The position numbers were made by a program, and so were the translations under genes. Source: an uncultured Dehalococcoidia bacterium (GTDB lineage Bacteria; Chloroflexota; Dehalococcoidia; Lucifugimonadales; UBA826). From it: a stretch of 64,000 nucleotides of DNA. The stretch spans positions 13,893 to 77,892 of the forward strand of contig CAZRSW010000004.1 of assembly GCA_964602845.1 (NCBI GenBank), in the 5' to 3' direction. Below the pieces are notes generated by a model, which saw nothing but the letters and a program-made list of their open reading frames with translations, was not told the origin of the DNA and searched no databases. Positions 51,154 to 60,579 of this stretch are shown piece after piece (the stretch's first letter is position 1; each line of letters opens with the position of its first letter).

Positions 51154-52647
51154 CTATCTAGGTTTCCCCATAACCAAAAGTTTGGCCCTATGATATTGCA
51201 CCTCAGCCTTATAAAGCAGCATTTCTTTCTGTTCCCAAATGTTCACAGCAGGTATGATTCTAGTTGCCAACATGTATATAAGTACCCCACCCGCAATGAA
51301 TCCAACAATCAGTAGAACGTCCCACAGCTGGGGCATGACAGCTTTCGGGAGATTATCAATATGCAAAACATCCTTAGGGACTGCCACATTCCCTATACCT
51401 TCAACTGACCAGGAAGCGACATACATTCTGATACGATCCATCATCGTACCTACCAACACAGATACAGCGATTATTGTAGGCCCCCAAATGCTACGCCTCA
51501 GAGGATTCCAAATCATGGTAAACCATGGAACTATGAACACGAATAAGAACGCCAACAGAAAAATCGTCAGATATGGCCCCTTTATTAATAATTCTATAAC
51601 CGCTTGCTCAGAAGGTTTCTTACCGTACCATAGGACATTAAAGCTGGAGAACCAGAACCAAAACCACAGGAGTGACAAAGCTAGCAGTAATTTCCCAAGG
51701 CCCCAGAATTGATCTAATCCTATATAATCCTTATACCCACCAAATTGCCTGAGAAAAAACATCGTAAGCATCATAGTGGCAACACCCGCTTGAAGAGCGT
51801 TGTGAGCATGAGTAACAGGATACAGAGAGTCGATCCATCCGGGTACGTGTACCATGAGAAAGTCCACACTTACAAAGAAATGTACGAAAACGAGCATCAT
51901 GAAGTAGAGAGCTCCAAGTATTCCCATTCTGTGATATTGCCAATTCCATTGATGAGAAGTGCCACGCCATCCTAAAGCCAGCCGCCCCCCCCATTTCTTC
52001 CTCCAGCCCTTCCCTTGATCACGCAGGGCCGCGAAATCTGGTAGGCATGAAACCCACAATAATCCAAGTCCCAACAGTGCCAAGGATACTATGGCCAAAG
52101 TGGCCCATATGTGCGGCGAGTAGGCAGGCACGCCACAATTTAGGAACGCACAATCTCCCCCTTTATCTTGATGTCCAAAAAACCATAGACTTCTCCTCCC
52201 GTCCTCAAGACTCGGCAACAGCCATAGGAGAGGTATAAATAGGATCAAGCTTAAACATCCCGCCAAACTCCATAGCTCAGCAGCCCTGGATATCGGCCTA
52301 CGCCAATTAGCATTCGCAATCCTTGGAGCTATGGCTACCATAGGGGCAGCAGAGGCAGTCGTTATGAAAAACGAGAACAACGCAAGATAGTATCCCCAAA
52401 GATATTTGTCTGAGTTGTCAAACCCAGTATTCAATCGCATAACAAAGCCAATGATGCCTAGAACAAATAAGATGCTGACGAAGGTTACACCTTGCCAGAA
52501 TCTATTACTTGTTATCCCGTGAATCCCTAATAATTCCTGTGATACCGCAGCCCTATTATCCACAGAATTTTCTGTCTCCACATAAGCTTCCACCAATTCT
52601 TTTTGGCGAATTTCATCAGTGACCATGCGAGACCTCTGCGGATTCAT
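51154..52647 (-). CDS. actF: Second, more divergent NrfD-like ACIII membrane subunit (ActF-like paralogue)
   Basis: 497 aa and polytopic, with the same topology pattern as ActC (RRPISRAAE, LPDFAALRDQ, WRGTSHQW). It lacks the WIGISHAG block. The start overlaps the actB2 stop (ATG at 52647 or 52626). Confidence 0.65.
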   Translation of the reverse strand: MNPQRSRMVTDEIRQKELVEAYVETENSVDNRAAVSQELLGIHGITSNRFWQGVTFVSILFVLGIIGFVMRLNTGFDNSDKYLWGYYLALFSFFITTASAAPMVAIAPRIANANWRRPISRAAELWSLAGCLSLILFIPLLWLLPSLEDGRRSLWFFGHQDKGGDCAFLNCGVPAYSPHIWATLAIVSLALLGLGLLWVSCLPDFAALRDQGKGWRKKWGGRLALGWRGTSHQWNWQYHRMGILGALYFMMLVFVHFFVSVDFLMVHVPGWIDSLYPVTHAHNALQAGVATMMLTMFFLRQFGGYKDYIGLDQFWGLGKLLLALSLLWFWFWFSSFNVLWYGKKPSEQAVIELLIKGPYLTIFLLAFLFVFIVPWFTMIWNPLRRSIWGPTIIAVSVLVGTMMDRIRMYVASWSVEGIGNVAVPKDVLHIDNLPKAVMPQLWDVLLIVGFIAGGVLIYMLATRIIPAVNIWEQKEMLLYKAEVQYHRAKLLVMGKPR

Positions 52648-53353
52648 CCACCTTCTTCAAATAAACAACATTTGGGTCCGTTCCTAAATTCTCCATCAGT
52701 CCGTATCCCCTACCCTGCTCTCCCATAGCGTCAGCCTTCATCCTTGAAACCTGACTATCAGAATCGGCGAAATTTCCAAAGTTCAGGGCACCAGTTGGGC
52801 AAGCATTTACGCAAGCCGGATTCAGGCCTCTATCACCATCTTGCACTCCTAACCCATTCCTATCGCCTTCTCTAGTGGAACGTTGAATACGCTGCACGCA
52901 AAAACTGCATTTCTCCATTATCCCACGACTCCTGACTGTGACATCAGGGTTGAGCTGATTTTTCAAACTTTCGGGCCACTCCGGTTCCCAGAAATTGAAG
53001 AACCTAGCATGGTATGGACACCCATTCGCACAAAAACGAGTGCCGATGCAACGGTTGTAAACCTGCACGTTCATTCCTTGATCATTATGGTAGGTCGCGT
53101 AGACCGGACACACCGGTTCACAGGGGGCATTCCCACAATGTTGGCACATAACCGGGATAAACCTAGCTTTAACATTTGGAAACTCTCCTTCCCAGTAGCG
53201 TTCTATACGAATCCACTGTATAGCACGACGCTGGTTGAAATGTTCTTCTTGGTTAATCGGGATGTTATTCTCCGATTGGCATGCAACCACACATCCCTGA
53301 CAACCCGTACATCTATCGATGTCAATGACCATTCCCCATTTGTATTCCGTCAT
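52616..53353 (-). CDS. actB: ACIII iron-sulfur subunit (ActB2-like, 4Fe-4S ferredoxin-type)
   Basis: Cys clusters CTGCQGCVVAC, CQHCGNAPCEPVCP, CIGTRFCANGCP, CSFC and CVNACP are typical of the FeS subunit of complex-iron-sulfur-molybdoenzyme relatives. Confidence 0.85.
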   Translation of the reverse strand: MTEYKWGMVIDIDRCTGCQGCVVACQSENNIPINQEEHFNQRRAIQWIRIERYWEGEFPNVKARFIPVMCQHCGNAPCEPVCPVYATYHNDQGMNVQVYNRCIGTRFCANGCPYHARFFNFWEPEWPESLKNQLNPDVTVRSRGIMEKCSFCVQRIQRSTREGDRNGLGVQDGDRGLNPACVNACPTGALNFGNFADSDSQVSRMKADAMGEQGRGYGLMENLGTDPNVVYLKKVDESAEVSHGH

Positions 53354-53388
53354 ATGCCAGCTCCTAATTTATAATCCAACGGGAAGAC

Positions 53389-55668
53389 TCATTTCCTATT
53401 TGTTGTCCCATCAAGATGCTCACCCGTGGTAACTTCAATAATGTGGTCATGTTCATCTCTTGGGAATTCTGGTACGGTGTTTTCAAACTTTGGCACTCTA
53501 ACCCATTCACCGGTGAGTTCGATTTCGACCCTGCTTGCTGCCCAAGCAAGAGCTCCAGTATCATCATCGGTGGCAGATTCCAAAATAGATAGGACATTCG
53601 AGCCTCTGCCAGAAGCATACCTGCCTCCATCTCTATGACCTTGGCCAATTGGAACGGAAAGAACGTCAGGATGCGTTGCAGGGTTAGGCATAGCTAGAGC
53701 TTTAATAGACCCTCCATTGGATGCTTTTATCATCAGGACATCCCCTTCCTTTATTCCTCTCTCTTCAGCGACTTTGTGATTTATTTCAACCCAAGTCTGC
53801 CAAGTCGCAGATGATACAGGATCTGGCATCGCTTGGAGCCAAGGCAGGTGCGCATTTCGACCATCCGAGAGGGACGCCAAAGTAAAAGGTTGAAGGGAGA
53901 ATTGTCCCGCACCTTTGTATTGAGGGAATGGAACACCATCAAGTCTTTTTATAACAACTGATTCGTCACCTTGAGCGTTAGTATCCCACCATCCGCCCCT
54001 CTGCAATAAGCCATTCCAAAACAATTCAAAAGTGGGTGCAGAGACAGAACCCCTGTTTAAAGCGTAGAGTTTCCTCGCGCTATCTCTCATCATTTCTCTA
54101 AAAGTTCCCCCCGGTAAACCCAAGTCCTTTCCCAAAACTTGAGCAGAAGTCAACAAAATATCCGAGAATCCCTTGGTTCCCAAGTTACGGCCCCTATTCC
54201 CGAAAAATGGCCTAACTACAGGTTGTTGGAATCCAACCATTTGGTAGCCAGGGCCTGCGAAAGGTATATCTGTCCCCCAATCCTCCAAAAAATGGTGTTC
54301 CGGGAGTATTAAATCAGACATTGAGGTTGTATCATCCATCAACCCAGAGAAGCTGAATATAAACGGCACATTTAATACGGCTTCCTTGAATCGTGTGAAG
54401 TCCGGCATCCCATAATAAGGATCCGCTCCACGAATCATTAGTAGACTAACTTCTCCGGCAATCATATCCTCGCTTAGTCGATGAAAATCTACAAAGGAGT
54501 TTCCTGATCCATAATTTGGCACATCTTCGAGTGGGCTATTCGGATTAAATTTAATACCACCCTCTTTACCAATGTTGGAGGCAAAATGGTTCAAGGAATA
54601 TATGGCCTTAAGATTTGACAATCCATTGGTATGAGCCGACGCGGATCCACCTCCTATTGCTAGAGGCCTCTGACTAGATTGAAATTCTTTAGCAACTAAC
54701 CGTATATCCTCCGATGAAACACCGATCCTCGCAGAGACAGCCTCCGGCTCATATGTATCTAGCCAATTTGGATCGCCACCAGTTAGGCTGTTCACGATAT
54801 CCCTGTTAGCATCGGGGCTTGTAGCTATAACCTGCGCTATTGATAAAGCAAAAATACCCTCCATCCCCGGAGTAATCGGAATCCACTTATCTGCATTCGC
54901 TGCCGTCATCGAAAATCGGGAATCCACATGAACAAGCTTCCCCCTGTGTTCATGACCTTGCCTAAATTCCCCATAGCTTTTCGAATACCTTACAGGTGAT
55001 ACCCAAGTATTAAGAAAATCTGCTCCAAAAGATAAGACATAATCCGAATTTTCTATGTCAAAATCTGGGATCAATTCCTGTCCGAACACATCTTTAATGG
55101 CTCTGGCCAGTACTGTATGCTCAATGGGCTCATACACCAACCTCCGCACCCCAGTTGCCTGGGCGAATTTGTCCAAAACGAGGCCCAGGTGGGCGTTCAC
55201 GGGATCAGTGACAAAAACAGCTCTGTCTTGCTGACCGCTACTCTCCAATTCACCCAGCTGGTGCGTCAACCTACCGATGGCATCTTCCCAACTTATTTCA
55301 CTAAATTCACCGGACCCACGTGGTCCAGTTCTGACCATTGGGGCGCTTATACGATCAGGGTGATATAGGCCCTGGACAGCCGCCTCCGACCGGACGCTGT
55401 GGCGACCTTGATTGAGGGGATAATCAATGTTGCCCTCAACCTTCTTAGCACGACCCTCCATGACTCTTACAACAATACCTTCTGAAGCGGGCCACTGGTG
55501 CGATACAGTTGCGTACCAGTTATCGATACCAGTCACCATATCTTCCGGCATTTCAATGGGAGAATCTATGAGCAGTTCTTTCTCCGGCAAACCGCAGGCC
55601 TGAAACAACACCGCTGCCCCAGCAGAACCGCCCATCAACGTTATAAATTCTCTTCTATTCAGTGGCAT
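53389..55668 (-). CDS. actB: ACIII molybdopterin-oxidoreductase-like subunit (ActB1-like) with Tat signal
   Basis: Twin-arginine leader MPLNRREFITLMGGSAGAAVLFQA followed by a MopB-superfamily fold. 759 aa, encoded as a separate gene from the FeS module. Confidence 0.85.
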   Translation of the reverse strand: MPLNRREFITLMGGSAGAAVLFQACGLPEKELLIDSPIEMPEDMVTGIDNWYATVSHQWPASEGIVVRVMEGRAKKVEGNIDYPLNQGRHSVRSEAAVQGLYHPDRISAPMVRTGPRGSGEFSEISWEDAIGRLTHQLGELESSGQQDRAVFVTDPVNAHLGLVLDKFAQATGVRRLVYEPIEHTVLARAIKDVFGQELIPDFDIENSDYVLSFGADFLNTWVSPVRYSKSYGEFRQGHEHRGKLVHVDSRFSMTAANADKWIPITPGMEGIFALSIAQVIATSPDANRDIVNSLTGGDPNWLDTYEPEAVSARIGVSSEDIRLVAKEFQSSQRPLAIGGGSASAHTNGLSNLKAIYSLNHFASNIGKEGGIKFNPNSPLEDVPNYGSGNSFVDFHRLSEDMIAGEVSLLMIRGADPYYGMPDFTRFKEAVLNVPFIFSFSGLMDDTTSMSDLILPEHHFLEDWGTDIPFAGPGYQMVGFQQPVVRPFFGNRGRNLGTKGFSDILLTSAQVLGKDLGLPGGTFREMMRDSARKLYALNRGSVSAPTFELFWNGLLQRGGWWDTNAQGDESVVIKRLDGVPFPQYKGAGQFSLQPFTLASLSDGRNAHLPWLQAMPDPVSSATWQTWVEINHKVAEERGIKEGDVLMIKASNGGSIKALAMPNPATHPDVLSVPIGQGHRDGGRYASGRGSNVLSILESATDDDTGALAWAASRVEIELTGEWVRVPKFENTVPEFPRDEHDHIIEVTTGEHLDGTTNRK

Positions 55669-55678
55669 TCACAATCCC

Positions 55679-56284
55679 CTAATAGTGGCACGTGGTACAG
55701 TCGGTCGGAGCATTATTCTCTTTATGGCAATCAACACAGTCTCCCATTTTTAGAGGCTCAACTTGTTTTACCTTGTCCATGCCGCCAACATCTCCATGAC
55801 ACGTAGAACAAACACCTGACACATCAAGACCCTCTTTCTCAGTAAAATAGCGTATATGCGCCTCATGCACAAAATGTACATGATCCGGCACTCTATGTAC
55901 CCTAACCCAATTTATTGAACGACCCGACTGCACTAGATCTCTCAATTTCTCAATTTCACCCAGTCCATCTCCCACAGTCATATGGCAAGTCATGCAAAGG
56001 CCCGCAGCCGGAACAGTCGCAGCCGCCTCCTTAGCGACATTACGATGACAAAACACGCAATCTAGACCCAATTCATCAACATGAGTCACATGAGGAAATG
56101 CGATGGGTTGATCTGGCCCCTCGCTATACCCAAAAATCACTGGCCGCCCCAACCAAGAAGAGATTACAAACGTCAAAACCAATACCGTACCCACAACAAA
56201 ACCAAGCCCAATCACACCTAAGCCACCCAGTAAGGCTAGCTGTGCACCCGTAGGCTTCTTAGGTTGAAAGTCCCCAGGTATCAA
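55679..56284 (-). CDS. actA: Pentahaem cytochrome c, ACIII subunit ActA-like
   Basis: N-terminal TM anchor plus five CxxCH motifs (CVFCH, CMTCH, CSTCH, CVDCH, CTTCH) in 201 aa. Confidence 0.85.
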   Translation of the reverse strand: MIPGDFQPKKPTGAQLALLGGLGVIGLGFVVGTVLVLTFVISSWLGRPVIFGYSEGPDQPIAFPHVTHVDELGLDCVFCHRNVAKEAAATVPAAGLCMTCHMTVGDGLGEIEKLRDLVQSGRSINWVRVHRVPDHVHFVHEAHIRYFTEKEGLDVSGVCSTCHGDVGGMDKVKQVEPLKMGDCVDCHKENNAPTDCTTCHY

Positions 56285-56324
56285 ATTTATGTATTCCTAT
56301 AATTCATAAGCATATGTAGAGGGA

Positions 56325-56717
56325 TCAAATCCAATAGTGCGGATAAATTTGCCTTATAGCATCCAATCCATGACCGAATCCAATATACAGGAAGCTCAAC
56401 GCACCTAATAGGGCTATTAAGGCTACCACGTAGATAGGCAACCTCAATTTACGCATCGACTCTGGCACATGGCCAGAGCTTACAAGAGAGGGTATGGCGT
56501 TATGACCAATGAGCATGCTCGTAGCGAAAACAATCACCAAAAAAACAAATAGCCACATATTGGTCAAGAACTTCCCAATGTCCGCCCATATCAAGGTTGT
56601 TAAAGTAGCAGGCTCCACATTCCATCCTTCAGATTGGATTAAATCACGGGATACCCTTAAAACACGAGTCCCGGCCGATTGAAAATTATCACACTGCCCC
56701 ATTGGAGTGTCAAGCAT
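56325..56717 (-). CDS. Hypothetical small membrane protein (2 predicted TM helices)
   Basis: 130-aa ORF lying 40 nt upstream of actA on the same strand. It has hydrophobic stretches WLFVFLVIVFATSMLIG and IYVVALIALLGALSFLYIGF. No recognisable family, and the start is uncertain. Confidence 0.45.
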   Translation of the reverse strand: MLDTPMGQCDNFQSAGTRVLRVSRDLIQSEGWNVEPATLTTLIWADIGKFLTNMWLFVFLVIVFATSMLIGHNAIPSLVSSGHVPESMRKLRLPIYVVALIALLGALSFLYIGFGHGLDAIRQIYPHYWI

Positions 56718-56938
56718 ATACTGGACGTGACTCGTACCTATATTGATAGATCCTCAAATATACGGTCCGCCCAAGTTCCTTACATTGGCCTAAACATCCA
56801 CCCCAATGACTGACAGTTTCTATCCAATATCTCCAAAACCAACCATTTCATAGTCATTTGTGCATTAACATTAGATCAATATACTATGATTGAAAACCAC
56901 TTGAAATTTATTCACAAAACAATGCAATGGAATAATGG

Positions 56939-58093
56939 ATGGAAATAATAGATGTTAGATCCCATTTAGTTAACCCTGGTTCAGGGAAAAATCTTTGCTT
57001 TGTAAAAATAGATACAGACGACGGAATCTCAGGATGGGGAGAATGCTACACTCAATCGGACAGAGACACCCAGATTGTGTCCCATATTGACCAACTGCGA
57101 AGATATCTAATTGGTAGAAATCCTATGCACATCAAACACTTCCTCCGAATGGTTTATGACGATTTTGCAGGGAGGCGAGGAGCCATGGATTTGTACTGCG
57201 CGGTAAGCGGGCTAGAACAGGCAATGTGGGATATATGTGGGAAAGTATGCGGTGTTCCAATATACATGCTTTTGGGCGGAGCCTGCAGGGACAAGATCAG
57301 AGTGTACGCAAACGGTTGGTCATCGGGAAGTGAGGATCCAGCGGAACTCGCAGAGAGAGCTGCTGCAATTGTAGACAAAGGATTTACCGCCTTGAAATTT
57401 GATCCTATACCTGGACCGTGGAGAACCTTTATTGACAGAGATACAGAAAAAAGAACCGTGGAAAATGTTAGAGCCGTGCGTCAAGCAGTTGGATCAAAAG
57501 TAGATGTCTTAATAGAAATGCACCGTCGGCTCGCTCCCATGCATTCGGTCAGGATTGCACGTGATATAGAACAGTACGAGCCATATTGGTACGAAGAACC
57601 TGTACTTGCTGAAAATATCGATGCCTTGGCCACTGTTAGGAGGGATATCAATCTACCCGTAGTAACAGGTGAAGAACTTTATACGAAATTCGAATTCAGA
57701 GAAGTCTTTGAAAAACAGGCAGCAGATATAATTAATCCCGATGTATGCAACGTCGGAGGTATTCTTGAGCTCAAAGAAATCGCTGCCATGGCCGAACCTT
57801 ATTTCGTAGCTGTTTCACCCCACAACTATAACAGCACTACAATTGGATTAGGAGCCACCATCCAAGTGTCTGCAACAATATCGAATTTCCTCATAACTGA
57901 ATATTTCGTTAACTTTGAAGCATTTGCAAAATCTGTAATCTCACATCCATTCAAGGTGCAGGACGGCTACATAAGACTGCCAGAATCTCCTGGATTAGGC
58001 GTAGAATTGGATGAAGATGCACTAGCAAGATACCCATACAGCAGGCAAGCAATGAAGCAATATAGGCAATTCAACGAGGAATTACCTCATTAA
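56939..58093 (+). CDS. Enolase-superfamily enzyme (mandelate racemase/muconate lactonizing, acid-sugar dehydratase-like)
   Basis: MEIIDVR...FVKIDTDDGISGWGE capping domain. The barrel carries KFDP, EMHRRL, YEEP and TGEE metal/catalytic positions. Confidence 0.85.
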   Translation: MEIIDVRSHLVNPGSGKNLCFVKIDTDDGISGWGECYTQSDRDTQIVSHIDQLRRYLIGRNPMHIKHFLRMVYDDFAGRRGAMDLYCAVSGLEQAMWDICGKVCGVPIYMLLGGACRDKIRVYANGWSSGSEDPAELAERAAAIVDKGFTALKFDPIPGPWRTFIDRDTEKRTVENVRAVRQAVGSKVDVLIEMHRRLAPMHSVRIARDIEQYEPYWYEEPVLAENIDALATVRRDINLPVVTGEELYTKFEFREVFEKQAADIINPDVCNVGGILELKEIAAMAEPYFVAVSPHNYNSTTIGLGATIQVSATISNFLITEYFVNFEAFAKSVISHPFKVQDGYIRLPESPGLGVELDEDALARYPYSRQAMKQYRQFNEELPH

Positions 58094-58264
58094 CTCTCGA
58101 TCCAAATAAACCTCAGTTGAACGGGCCATCCTTTCCAAGATACTCCGTTGTTGACCTGGTGCTGGCAAGCGTGCTAGATTTTTCCCGATTCACATCTACA
58201 AAGATATACATGGATGTTCTCAAAACAAGTTCAAGTAGACAAAATGGTAATCTAGTTTTGACTT

Positions 58265-59188
58265 ATGCCTATAATTGATGAATTACCCGTCCTGCCTCCT
58301 GATAAAAACTCCATACTAACTATAGGAGTCTTTGATGGCGTCCATATCGGCCATCAATATCTGTTAAATCGAGTGGTCAAAGCTGCCACACTTAGTAACG
58401 TTTGCTCCGGGGTAGTCACCTTCAAGAATCATCCTGCTGAGATTACAAATCCAGAATTCAAACCAAATTTCCTTTGCAACCTAGAAGATCGACTCACAAG
58501 ACTACGTAACACCGGAGTAGATTTCGTTGTGCCAATTACCTTCGACAAAACAATTGCGGATCTTGATGCATGTAAATTTCTTTCAATATTGAAAGACCAC
58601 CTGAAAATGACTGGATTAGTTGTGGGTCCAGATTTTCGTATGGGTAAAAATCGAAGTGCCGACGTAGAACAAATATCAGAGTTGAGCAAAACCATCAACT
58701 TCAGCCTAGAAATTATTGGAGATCAAGCAAGCAAGGGGCTTTCGTTTCGTAGCACAACCATCAGAAATTTACTTCGAGAAGGGAATGTATCGCTTGTACC
58801 CAACCTGTTAGGCAATTATTTTTCTATCACAGGGAAAATCATAAAGGGCATGGAACGTGGTAGAACATTGGGAGTTCCCACAGCCAACGTGGGCTACGAC
58901 GAGAACCTAGTGATGCCTGAAAACGGAATTTATGCTACATGGGCGAGGATAGGGGACAAAAGGTTCAAGGCCGCCACCAGCATAGGTACAAATCCAACAT
59001 TCTCTGGAAATAGCCTCACCGTCGAAGCGCATTTATTGGATTTTAGTAATTCCATATATGGGAGAATAATTACATTGGAGTTCGTAGATAAACTCAGACC
59101 CCAAATTGCATTTGACTCCGAAAACAGATTGAAAGCCCAGATGAAAAAAGACATACTACTTACTAGGGAAAAACTATCGTCCCAGTGA
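58265..59188 (+). CDS. ribF: Bifunctional riboflavin kinase / FMN adenylyltransferase
   Basis: IGVFDGVHIGHQ (FAD synthetase) and GMERGRTLGVPTAN...GTNPTF...EAHLLDF (riboflavin kinase). Confidence 0.9.
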   Translation: MPIIDELPVLPPDKNSILTIGVFDGVHIGHQYLLNRVVKAATLSNVCSGVVTFKNHPAEITNPEFKPNFLCNLEDRLTRLRNTGVDFVVPITFDKTIADLDACKFLSILKDHLKMTGLVVGPDFRMGKNRSADVEQISELSKTINFSLEIIGDQASKGLSFRSTTIRNLLREGNVSLVPNLLGNYFSITGKIIKGMERGRTLGVPTANVGYDENLVMPENGIYATWARIGDKRFKAATSIGTNPTFSGNSLTVEAHLLDFSNSIYGRIITLEFVDKLRPQIAFDSENRLKAQMKKDILLTREKLSSQ

Positions 59189-59254
59189 GGCCCTTGTGAG
59201 GGAAGATCACGATGAAACAGAAATTTAACCGAACAAGGACTTAAGGGAGCACAA

Positions 59255-60451
59255 GTGATTCTTTCTAATCGCAACGATATCCTGACTAGGGCCGTGTCCG
59301 AGATAATAGTTGAGGACGAGTTTGTCGAACGTCTGGATTCAGGCATACCATTAAGATTAAAAATGGGATTTGATCCTAGCGCGCCAGACATCCATCTAGG
59401 ACATGCCGTCGGTTTAAGAAAATTGCGGCAACTTCAGCAGCACGGCCACAAGGTCATATTAATCGTCGGAGATTGGACAGCCCAGATTGGGGATCCAAGT
59501 GGTCGATCACAGACAAGGCAAATGCTCGCAGCTGATGAAGTCCAAAGAAACGCAGAAACTTACTTAACACAGTTCTTTAAAATAGTGGACAGGGATCAGA
59601 CAGAGATACGCTGGCAAAGTGAATGGTTCGGCGCGTTCACTATAGCTAACGTTATTGAACTGACTAGCAAGTTTACGGTTGCCCAAATACTGGCGCGTGA
59701 AGATTTTTCTAAGAGATTCGCGGAAAACCACCCCATAGCAATTACAGAGCTGCTATATCCACTCCTACAAGCTTTCGATTCTGTTGCCATAGAAGCAGAC
59801 GTCGAGTTCGGTGGTTTGGACCAGAAATTCAACCTGCTCGTGGGAAGAGAGCTTCAAGAAGCACACAACATGTCTCCGCAGCAATGTTTCTTGATGCCAT
59901 TACTGCCTGGAACCGACGGCAAGAAAAAAATGAGTAAAAGCTTGGGCAACTATATAGGCATAGCTGAACCGACAGAAGAAATATATGGGAAAGTTATGTC
60001 CATTCCAGACACCCTGATAATGCCATATTACGAGTGGTTAACAAACATACCTACACCGGATCTCAACGGTATACGAAGAGAACTGGATGAGGCAAACCAT
60101 AACATGGATTTAAAAAAGAATCTGGCTCATACCATCATTGCGGACTTGTTTGACAAGCCATCTGCAGACGTAGCTCAGGGTTTCTTTGAGCAAACAGTTC
60201 AAAATAAACTTGTACCAAACGACATACCAGAGTATCAATTGCCTTCTGACGACTCTAAATCTGATATGCGTTTGACGCACATAATGGTCAAAACCGGTCT
60301 GACTTCTAGCACGGGTAATGCAAGAAGATTGATCAACCAGGGTGCTGTATATATTGACAACACTCCGCTAACAGATAACCTCCCAGCATCCCAACTAAGT
60401 CCTGGCATATTGCGCGCTGGGCGCAGAAAATATCTGAGACTAATGCGCTAA
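59255..60451 (+). CDS. tyrS: Tyrosine--tRNA ligase
   Basis: GFDPSAPDIHLGH (HIGH), KMSKS, and a C-terminal S4-like domain (ARRLINQGAVYID). GTG start with AAGGGAG 6 nt upstream. Confidence 0.93.
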   Translation: MILSNRNDILTRAVSEIIVEDEFVERLDSGIPLRLKMGFDPSAPDIHLGHAVGLRKLRQLQQHGHKVILIVGDWTAQIGDPSGRSQTRQMLAADEVQRNAETYLTQFFKIVDRDQTEIRWQSEWFGAFTIANVIELTSKFTVAQILAREDFSKRFAENHPIAITELLYPLLQAFDSVAIEADVEFGGLDQKFNLLVGRELQEAHNMSPQQCFLMPLLPGTDGKKKMSKSLGNYIGIAEPTEEIYGKVMSIPDTLIMPYYEWLTNIPTPDLNGIRRELDEANHNMDLKKNLAHTIIADLFDKPSADVAQGFFEQTVQNKLVPNDIPEYQLPSDDSKSDMRLTHIMVKTGLTSSTGNARRLINQGAVYIDNTPLTDNLPASQLSPGILRAGRRKYLRLMR

Positions 60452-60579
60452 AAGCACTTTAACTTTGGCTGCTGTCTTAAAACCTATTGTTCTTCTCGTA
60501 TGTTAAAATTACCATCGGTCAATTGAGACCCTAGCTACACCATTTACGAGAAAACCCATATAGTTTTGGAGATACTAAC

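Noticed and set aside
53364-53648. 94-aa ORF overlapping the 3' end of actB1.
   Set aside because: It lies entirely within or overlapping actB1 in another frame, with no RBS. The actB1-actB2 gap is already accounted for.
58094-58264. Possible FMN riboswitch or other structured RNA in the 171-nt gap upstream of ribF.
   Set aside because: I found no FMN-aptamer-like conserved stretches. The only signal is a sigma-70-like TTGACC-18 nt-TAGATT (58151-58180), which is too weak to list as a feature.
59189-59254. Possible T-box leader upstream of tyrS.
   Set aside because: The intergenic gap is only 66 nt and contains the RBS. This is far too short for a T-box (~200 nt or more), and I saw no T-box consensus core.
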